A stretch of DNA of 64,000 nt, from the NCBI GenBank assembly GCA_963977015.1, contig CAXBMO010000004.1, positions 192,001-256,000 of the forward strand, given 5' to 3'. The notes under the pieces are model-generated. The model was not told the DNA's origin and did not search any database. It was given only the letters and a program-made list of their open reading frames with translations. A program made the position numbers and the translations under genes. Within the stretch, counting starts at the first letter, position 1. Each line of letters begins with the position of its first letter. Source of the DNA: an uncultured bacterium. Its GTDB lineage: Bacteria; Verrucomicrobiota; Verrucomicrobiia; Verrucomicrobiales; DEV007. Shown here one piece after another: positions 56,874 to 64,000 of this stretch.

Positions 56874-59843
56874 CTAACGAAGCGACGTTAGATAAGCCAC
56901 CAGATCCACGAGTTCCTGCTGCTGGAGAGAATGGACTTCAGGCATCAATGATGAATCGAGAGTTTCCTGGCTCGCAATATCATCCTCTTCCACCCGCTGA
57001 CTAACGCCTCCGGGTAATCGCAAGGTCAGCGAATTGGTCGACTTCGCGGTTTGATATCCGACGTATTCCTGCCCATTCTTCAGCTTAACAGCCACTCCTT
57101 CGTATCCTTCCGCGAGATTTCGGCTCGGGTTCAGAATCGCTTCGATTAGGGCAACCGCATTCATGCGGGATCCAATCGCCGAAAGGTCGGGACCGAAATT
57201 GATGTAGCGCCCGGCGATTTGATGACATTCCGCGCAGCCTGCTTGGAGGAAAACCTCTTTTCCACGCGCCGAATTTCCGGGGAGCTTTGCAAGCTCGTCA
57301 GCGGAAACGGCTTCGCCAACCGGCATCGCGATTGGAGTTGCACCCAGCTCCCGAATCGCACGTCCCCGAATGGCATCCCAGGGAGCCCGCGCCAGGCTCG
57401 CAATCGCGGCATCGAGCACCGTTCCCTCTACTTTCTCGTCTTTCGCCAACGCAAACACCGCGTTTGCTCCTTTGGCATTGAGACAAAGCGCCTCAACAGC
57501 CGCCACCTGATTTGCGACCGGCTCACTCCTGTCCAACGCCAGAAACGCCAGTGTTTCATTCGCAAGGGGATCGTTGCACCGCCCCATGAGCCGGATAAAT
57601 TCCCGGGCTCGCAGCTGAGGACCTTTGAGCAGGCTCGAAACCAGCTCCGAATTCTTCATCAGCAATTGAACCGCGCGAAGAGATTCCGAAGAATTGGGAT
57701 GAGCGAGGGCGTATTCCAAAAGTTCACGATCGGCCGTGCGAATGTTCAGGGCATCCACCAGGCGAACCAACTCCGGCTTTCCGCGTTTCGCGCTGATCAG
57801 ACTGCGAATCCTTCCGATACGTTCCGGCTCGCCAGCGAGGTCCTCATATCGCAGATCAACCGCAGCTGCATAAGTCAGCTTGAGGTCGCTGGAATCAAAC
57901 ACCTTGAGAAGCGCCAAACGCGCGGCATCCGGATCCTGAAAATGCATTGCTCTTATATAACGCTCAAAGGGATCGACGGCTGGATCACTATCGAGCGCCA
58001 ATTCCGCGAGCAAATCCGGCGTGCGAATGGAGCGGCTCCGCCAGACAATATCTCGATTCGGCCCCGAATTCCAACCTGGACCCACACGATCCAACCAAGC
58101 CGAAAGACGGCGATCCCAGTGGAGGTCAGCGCCAATCCCCAACGCCTCCAAATACCACCGATCATTGGCCTCGTATGCGAGCGCCAACTCGGCCCAAATT
58201 CTATCGGCAGAGCGCCCGCTTTGATCTCTCAGTGCAATGGCACATTCGCGGCGAACCAAACTGGATTCATCACCTGAAAGCGAACTTACGGTCGCCAAAA
58301 CCGATACGCCACAGGACCGCGCCATGCGGGGGGCCATCGCCCGTATATTCGGATCACGATCCAAACTCGCCAACGCGACCGCCTCGCGAGCTTTGCCGGG
58401 AAGCGCCGAATGAAGCCAAAGCCCCCGTGCCCTCAATCGCGAATTTGGGTGCATGAGCAAACTGCCCAAAGCCGCCTTTTCTCCAGAACCAACCAGTGTC
58501 GCCCATCCCCGGAACCGGGTGGCCAGGTTAGGGCTCATCAAAGCCTGGAGCACTCCCTCCGGTGTGTCGAAATCATACATGATCCGGATGTAGGGTTTAT
58601 CCTTGGCGGCCACTCGATAGATACGACCGCGCTTCAGATCACCGACGCCATTCTCGATCGGCTCAGGATCGTACCAATCACAGACAAACAATGAACCATC
58701 TGGAGCCGCACAAACATCGACCGGTCGAAACCAGGGATCGTTTTCGCCACTCAGCAATGGTACAACCTCCCCGCGATACCCCGCGCCCAGATTTGCCACG
58801 GGAACCGCACTTACCTGGCGGCTACTGACGTCACACAAGATCATCTGGTTCTGAAAAAGTTCCGGCAAAGCACCTCCTTCGTAGACAAGCATCCCAGCAG
58901 GTGTCCCGCCGCCCAAGATCATTAAATTGGGAACGACACCGGGATCATTCTGGTGCCAATGCTGTTCTTCCAAAGAGCTGGCTTTCCCAAGTCTCCAGTC
59001 ACGCCAGCTTCTGCCATCCTTTTCGTCACGATATCCAAAATTGCCGTATTCCATGACATAATTGATCCGCGTCGAAGATTTGCCATCGTCGCCAATATCG
59101 CCTTGCCACACCGTGCCAAACGAATCGACCGCGACCTCCATATTGCCACGAAAGTTGTGGCCGATGACTTCCAAATTTTTCCCGTCAGGATCACAACGAA
59201 ATACCATCCCCCCCCAATAAGGCTTTCCATCGTCGATTACCGGGTTTCCCGCTTTATCGACAACGATTTTCCCATCCGGGCCACAGACTTTTTCTCCCGT
59301 ATTTCCAAAGCTCCAATAGAGCTTCCCATCCGGCCCAAAGACAAACGAGTGAACGGAACGGATACTGTGCTCCAGCCCGGTATTGGTAAACATGATTTGC
59401 TTTGAATCCGCACGATCGTCTCCATTGGTATCCGTGAAGACGATGACATTGGGCGAACACACAACGATGACCTTGTTGCCCAACACCGTTATACCCGTCG
59501 CGGAATCGATATCCGGCCCTTGATAGAAAACGGTCGTTTCATCAGCCTTTCCATCCGCATCGGTGTCGTCCAGGATCAAGATGCGATCTCCGGCGGGGCG
59601 GTGACCTTTCTCGTTTTGATAATTCGTGACTTCGCAGACCCAGACCCGCCCCCGTTCATCGACATCAATACTCGCCGGATTCACCAACATGGGTTCGGCC
59701 GCGAATAAGGTTACCTCCAGTTCATCGGCCGGCAGCAATGCTTGAACCGTCTCCTCAGGGGACAATTGACCTACTACACTGTTCGCCTCAAATAGAGCTA
59801 GTACAACGATGAAGAAGGCGATGAGGTGGTAGTTCGTTTTCAT
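56874..59843 (-). CDS. PVC-type heme-binding CxxCH protein (membrane-bound dehydrogenase domain + HEAT repeats + cytochrome c)
   Basis: LFAAEP, DERGRVWV, FRPVDV..APDGSL...DWY, CAECH, GPDLS and SLMP motifs. ATG at 59843. Confidence 0.9.
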   Translation of the reverse strand: MKTNYHLIAFFIVVLALFEANSVVGQLSPEETVQALLPADELEVTLFAAEPMLVNPASIDVDERGRVWVCEVTNYQNEKGHRPAGDRILILDDTDADGKADETTVFYQGPDIDSATGITVLGNKVIVVCSPNVIVFTDTNGDDRADSKQIMFTNTGLEHSIRSVHSFVFGPDGKLYWSFGNTGEKVCGPDGKIVVDKAGNPVIDDGKPYWGGMVFRCDPDGKNLEVIGHNFRGNMEVAVDSFGTVWQGDIGDDGKSSTRINYVMEYGNFGYRDEKDGRSWRDWRLGKASSLEEQHWHQNDPGVVPNLMILGGGTPAGMLVYEGGALPELFQNQMILCDVSSRQVSAVPVANLGAGYRGEVVPLLSGENDPWFRPVDVCAAPDGSLFVCDWYDPEPIENGVGDLKRGRIYRVAAKDKPYIRIMYDFDTPEGVLQALMSPNLATRFRGWATLVGSGEKAALGSLLMHPNSRLRARGLWLHSALPGKAREAVALASLDRDPNIRAMAPRMARSCGVSVLATVSSLSGDESSLVRRECAIALRDQSGRSADRIWAELALAYEANDRWYLEALGIGADLHWDRRLSAWLDRVGPGWNSGPNRDIVWRSRSIRTPDLLAELALDSDPAVDPFERYIRAMHFQDPDAARLALLKVFDSSDLKLTYAAAVDLRYEDLAGEPERIGRIRSLISAKRGKPELVRLVDALNIRTADRELLEYALAHPNSSESLRAVQLLMKNSELVSSLLKGPQLRAREFIRLMGRCNDPLANETLAFLALDRSEPVANQVAAVEALCLNAKGANAVFALAKDEKVEGTVLDAAIASLARAPWDAIRGRAIRELGATPIAMPVGEAVSADELAKLPGNSARGKEVFLQAGCAECHQIAGRYINFGPDLSAIGSRMNAVALIEAILNPSRNLAEGYEGVAVKLKNGQEYVGYQTAKSTNSLTLRLPGGVSQRVEEDDIASQETLDSSLMPEVHSLQQQELVDLVAYLTSLR

Positions 59844-59934
59844 CACACTGCGGAGATTATAACGAACTCCCTGCTCACGTAAACAGGTAACCGCTTCACA
59901 TGTTCGACTCAATGTTGCGAAACCAGGGAAAAAT

Positions 59935-61413
59935 CTACTCCCACAAGCCGAGACGGACCAGTTGGCTAATCGTCACAACCCATTCCCGGGGATCCACCTC
60001 GCTGGGCTGCCACTTCAACTCAACGACTGCAGGAAGGTCACCTTCATGGCGGAAAAACGCGTTCTGCAATTCTTCCAGAACCGGAGAATCGACCGGGACG
60101 GCCACCATCCCGGGTGCCCCTGGAAAAAAGGGCAGGCGCGCCTCGAAGAAGAGAGCTGGTTCCTTGAAATTCGCACTGACGGCAGCAACATCCCGATCCG
60201 TCTGTCGCAGCATCACCCGAAATTGCCGGGAACTTCCGCTGTCCGGTCCGGCGAGAAACCGGTGCAAGGCGTTCTCGCGCATTTGCCGATACAGCCCAAA
60301 ATCGACCTTTGCTCCGATCCCGTCCTGATGAACAACCAATACTCGATGCGGCAGTGAAGCCGACAGAAAAACGTCAAAGAGACTGATCCATTGTCCCTTG
60401 TCGGTCTGTCGAGTTTCAACATGCTGGACCTCTGGCTCTCCGGGATGAACCAGCGCCTCCATAAAGTAGAATTCACGCAATTGCGGCTGATTCTCAGCGG
60501 GTTTCAATATCCATCGCGCCTTCGCATCGAGATTATCCGCAGCCAAAAACGCCCTTACCGTCGCTTCTCCCACCTCTTCACGGGTTGGCCCCTGTTCCGG
60601 TTCATGTTCGATGGCAGACGTGGACGTGGGAGCCAACTCGACTTCCAAAACCGGTTCTGGAATCAATTCCGAAATTTCCGGAAGTTGAACGCCTTTAATC
60701 ACCTCATCTTCCACATGGGAAGCCGATTCCATGGATTGCGGCTCGACTGACGCATTGCTGACCTTCGCCAACAATGGCTGCTCGCCCCCTTCCTCTTGTG
60801 CCGCAGCCACATTCGAAGACTCGTTCTGGTTTCCTGATTGGCTGACCAGAGCCGCGGCGATGCCGGCCAGAATCAATCCCGCCGCAATTCCCGCCACCTT
60901 GAAAATCTGTCCTCGCCCTCCTTTTTTCATGGTGACCATGGCGGGCTTCACATCACTCGGGTCCACCAGATACTCCATTCTCACGAGGTTCCGCTCCTGA
61001 GAAGCTGGAAACTTTGAGGCGGGCAACGGTTCACCTGTTGGTGAAGTGCTGGTTTTGAAACCGCTCCGAGCACTGAAATACGATGGCCATTCCAACAGCG
61101 AGGGCGGAGGACAAAATTGACCGGTCATTCGAGCCTGGACACTTCCGTCACCATCCTGATCGGCGACAATTCTCGTTCCGCAGGTCGGACAAGGCCCCTC
61201 GACGCCAAAATTGGCCCTTCCGATCGAAAGCTCCTCATGACACCCCGGACAAAGAACATAGAAAACTTCTGCCGTGCTTTCCTGCGACTTCGCCGCTGAA
61301 TTGATTACCCCCGCCTGAAATCCCAATGCCTCGAGAAACCGGGCGGTTGCTGCATCGGGCACTCGATGAGCATCCCCATCCTTGCGCGAGAAATTGTGGT
61401 CCGGAATTGACAT
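59935..61413 (-). CDS. Hypothetical protein with Zn ribbon, one TM and a periplasmic domain
   Basis: CPGC...CPTC and TM VAGIAAGLILAGIAAALV. Confidence 0.72.
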   Translation of the reverse strand: MSIPDHNFSRKDGDAHRVPDAATARFLEALGFQAGVINSAAKSQESTAEVFYVLCPGCHEELSIGRANFGVEGPCPTCGTRIVADQDGDGSVQARMTGQFCPPPSLLEWPSYFSARSGFKTSTSPTGEPLPASKFPASQERNLVRMEYLVDPSDVKPAMVTMKKGGRGQIFKVAGIAAGLILAGIAAALVSQSGNQNESSNVAAAQEEGGEQPLLAKVSNASVEPQSMESASHVEDEVIKGVQLPEISELIPEPVLEVELAPTSTSAIEHEPEQGPTREEVGEATVRAFLAADNLDAKARWILKPAENQPQLREFYFMEALVHPGEPEVQHVETRQTDKGQWISLFDVFLSASLPHRVLVVHQDGIGAKVDFGLYRQMRENALHRFLAGPDSGSSRQFRVMLRQTDRDVAAVSANFKEPALFFEARLPFFPGAPGMVAVPVDSPVLEELQNAFFRHEGDLPAVVELKWQPSEVDPREWVVTISQLVRLGLWE

Positions 61414-61650
61414 AATAACTAGAAGTTAAAGGCGGCTATCCAACCACCCTGCTTATCATTATTATAGCTGCAAGGTAAATTTTTGTAAAATTTAGTTATT
61501 CTAAATCTTTAAGTTTGGCTTACTAAATCAAAAATAAACGGCAAATCGCCCTGACTTTGCCCGGTCGGCAAGCTCTCAAAAGGGTTGATTTGCTAGTGAG
61601 GCAATCCAACTTTCCCCGAGACAACCCTCCAAAACTCCGTCCAATTCATC

Positions 61651-62487
61651 ATGCAATATCCCCGACTCCTTGCCCTCCTCGCATCAAGCCTACTTCTTTC
61701 AAGCTGCGTTGGCGAAGAGGAACCGGGTTCCAGCAGCGGGGTAGCAACCGGCCGGCAAATTACCCTCAGCCAGGATGCGAAACAGAAGATCGGACGCAAA
61801 ATCTGGGTCAACGAGTGTAGCGGAACCGTCGAAGGCTTAACCAGTTGGAACAAGAACGAATATTTCGCGAGCTTGGGAATTGGGCACTTCATCTGGTACA
61901 CCGCCGAGAGACCCGGGCCTTTTGATGAGAGCTGGCCAAAACTGGTGGCCTTCATGAAACAGAAGAACGTCGCGATGCCAACGTGGATCGCGACCACCAA
62001 GGATTGTCCCTGGAACAGCTACGATGAATTTCATGCCGCCAAAAACAGCGCTCAAATGAATGAGCTCCGGGGATTTCTCAAACAGACGATCGACGTTCAA
62101 ACCGACTTCATCGTCCATCGCCTTCAAAGCGCCTTGCCAAAAATGAAGGCCCACGCCGCGACGACTCCGGCCGAACGGGCGAAATTGGAACACAATTTCT
62201 ATGCGGTAGCCAGCAGTCCCCAGGGTGTTTATGCGTTGATCGACTACGTGAACTTCAAGGGAGAAGGCATTAAGAAGGAGGAACGTTACAAGGGACAAGG
62301 TTGGGGCCTCGCTCAGGTTTTGCTGGAAATGGAGGGGGAGCCGACAGGAGTGGCAGCTTCGGTTGAATTTGGAAATTCCGCGAAACGGGTTCTCACGCGC
62401 CGCGTTGCAAACGCCAAGCCGAAGGATGAATCCATGTGGCTGCGGGGTTGGTCGAATCGGGCCGAGACCTACAAGCGCCCACTCTAA
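61651..62487 (+). CDS. Conserved hypothetical lipoprotein, possibly lysozyme-like fold
   Basis: Lipobox LSSC; IWVNE...SLGIGHFIW; DYVNFKGEG; WLRGWSNR. Confidence 0.7.
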   Translation: MQYPRLLALLASSLLLSSCVGEEEPGSSSGVATGRQITLSQDAKQKIGRKIWVNECSGTVEGLTSWNKNEYFASLGIGHFIWYTAERPGPFDESWPKLVAFMKQKNVAMPTWIATTKDCPWNSYDEFHAAKNSAQMNELRGFLKQTIDVQTDFIVHRLQSALPKMKAHAATTPAERAKLEHNFYAVASSPQGVYALIDYVNFKGEGIKKEERYKGQGWGLAQVLLEMEGEPTGVAASVEFGNSAKRVLTRRVANAKPKDESMWLRGWSNRAETYKRPL

Positions 62488-62529
62488 AAGAGACCGGGAA
62501 GTGACGACTCCGTGATCGAATGCTAGTCC

Positions 62530-63129
62530 TTGGGCGTGTCCGTCACTCCAACCATCCATCAAAGCGCCTCTGAACTTCGCGAAGAGCAGCTCCTCAAGCT
62601 CCCTCGCCAACGGTTCGAGAGCGATTGGTTTGGCAAGCCGCTCGATTTCGTGGCGGAATTCTGTCTCGCCGTGAGTCCTCGCGGACTTTTCTTTCTGATT
62701 TCCGCTAACAATTCTCCAAAATTTTCCAACCACCCACTTGGCCAGTTCACCAAAGGCCTTTGGGAAGAAGATGTGGGAGAATTGTTCATAAGCCACAGCG
62801 AATCCTCCGTTTACCAGGAATGGAACCTCAGTCCGTCAGGGGCGTGGTGGAGCCAGCGCTTCACGGAGGCCCGCAAACCTGATTCCCAATTTGCCCCTGA
62901 CTCTGCCCCCTCCATCAAGAATCACGTTCACGATGATGGTTGGTGGTCTTGGATTGAACTCCCCTACAATGCGAGACTTCTGGAAGCATCCAGGGTCGAT
63001 ATCACCATGATTTTGACGGATCCGCGAGGCGATCGCCGTTTTCTGAGCTGCTGCCCGGAACCTGGCATTGCTCCCAATTTTCATCGGCCGGAATCCTACC
63101 AAACCCCAAAGGTCATCAGTTTTTCCTGA
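62530..63129 (+). CDS. DOMON/CBM9-like domain protein
   Basis: LWEEDVGELFI...YQEWNLSPSG and PNFH motifs. The TTG start is uncertain. Confidence 0.65.
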   Translation: MGVSVTPTIHQSASELREEQLLKLPRQRFESDWFGKPLDFVAEFCLAVSPRGLFFLISANNSPKFSNHPLGQFTKGLWEEDVGELFISHSESSVYQEWNLSPSGAWWSQRFTEARKPDSQFAPDSAPSIKNHVHDDGWWSWIELPYNARLLEASRVDITMILTDPRGDRRFLSCCPEPGIAPNFHRPESYQTPKVISFS

Positions 63130-63348
63130 TTTTTTTGAAAATGAGATTGCACTCATTCCTGAGACCCGTATCATACGCGACAACCAAATTTGCAAAAACC
63201 TCGCCTCCAGACTTGCCACAGTCCGGTAATTTTTTGAATCCTGCTTTTAATTTGGCGTCGCGTTGGCGCGCGATGCCTGTCTGTGGTGTAACTGGGTTAA
63301 CTAGCGCCGCTGCACGGGCGAGTGGTTGTGCAGCGGAGCACGCTCGCA

Positions 63349-63384
63349 GTCTCGCCATCGGAAACGGTGGCGAGGCTCTTTTTT
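63349..63384 (+). terminator. Intrinsic terminator / attenuator hairpin upstream of rnhA
   Basis: ctcgccatcg-gaaa-cggtggcgag followed by gctctttttt. Confidence 0.75.
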
Positions 63385-63430
63385 GCCTTCGTCTCAGCTC
63401 GAACGCCGAATTTCAAGCCATGCCAGCCCG

Positions 63431-63904
63431 ATGAAGAAGGTCACGGTATATACGGACGGCTCAGCGTTGGGTAATCCTGGTCCCGGTGGCTACGGTGCGG
63501 TTCTCATCTACGGGAAACATCGCAAAGAGCTGAGTTCCGGCTTCCAGCATACGACCAACAATCGCATGGAAATCATGGCCGCGATTGCCGCGCTGCGGGC
63601 CATGAATGAACCGTGCGCCCCCACCATCCATTCCGACTCACAATATGTCGTGAACGCGATGAGCAAGGGCTGGGTCGAAGGCTGGAAGAAACGGGGCTGG
63701 AAACGAAAGGACGGTCCCTTGAAGAATGCCGATTTGTGGCAGGAACTCCATGATCTGGCCAAAGTCCACGAAGTCACTTGGCAATGGGTCAAGGGACACG
63801 CCGGCAATCCCCTCAATGAGCGGTGCGATCAACTGGCTGTGGGAGCCGCCAAGTCGAAAAACCTGGCCGAAGACGTCGGCTTTTCGGCTTCAGGCGAAGC
63901 GTAG
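63431..63904 (+). CDS. rnhA: Ribonuclease HI
   Basis: YTDGSALGNPGPGG, TTNNRME, SDSQY, KNADLW and WVKGHAG...NERCD motifs. ATG at 63431. Confidence 0.97.
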   Translation: MKKVTVYTDGSALGNPGPGGYGAVLIYGKHRKELSSGFQHTTNNRMEIMAAIAALRAMNEPCAPTIHSDSQYVVNAMSKGWVEGWKKRGWKRKDGPLKNADLWQELHDLAKVHEVTWQWVKGHAGNPLNERCDQLAVGAAKSKNLAEDVGFSASGEA

Positions 63905-64000
63905 TTTTTGGCTGTTAACCGCAGCTCATTCCGGCCTTCGGCCAGGTCTAGTCCAACGTATGGACAAACAATCCTGATCGAAGCTTGGGCTCAAACCAAG

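Noticed and set aside
63135-63434. 99-aa ORF or leader peptide upstream of rnhA
   Set aside because: There is no run of regulatory codons, it crosses the terminator and it has no recognisable motif. RNA structure explains the region better.

Overview
A 64 kb, GC-rich bacterial chromosomal segment, most likely from the PVC superphylum and probably Verrucomicrobiota. The basis for this is the DUF1501/DUF1553-DUF1549 cytochrome modules, a PVC-type CxxCH dehydrogenase, and fused ccoNO and cmk-plsC genes. Most of the window is housekeeping or lineage-typical: a PAS histidine kinase/response regulator pair, GH105-like and lyase-like secreted proteins, an ECF sigma-FecR-DUF1553-DUF1501 operon, an ABC transporter, panC, tyrA-aroA-cmk/plsC, a beta-CASP nuclease, rpmH-rnpA-yidD-yidC-(hsp20 x2)-jag, pssA, maf, a full cbb3 oxidase cluster (ccoS-NO-Q-P-G-H-dsbD-like-I) and rnhA. 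I saw no rRNA, tRNA or CRISPR array. Four items stand out. (1) A two-gene membrane module at 6.6-8.6 kb pairs a TIR-like domain whose catalytic Glu position appears to be His, plus 2 TM helices, with a TM/coiled-coil/LytR_C-like protein. (2) A ~1.6 kb island at 24.4-26.0 kb carries a DCL/HNH-like nuclease behind a dif/attI-like site, between two inward-facing GTAG REP hairpins and a ~125 bp duplication of a promoter with DtxR-like boxes. (3) A structured leader with a possible pseudoknot and terminator lies upstream of rnhA. (4) A dual-catalytic peptidoglycan hydrolase sits outside any phage context. All family assignments were made by eye from motifs; no searches were run.
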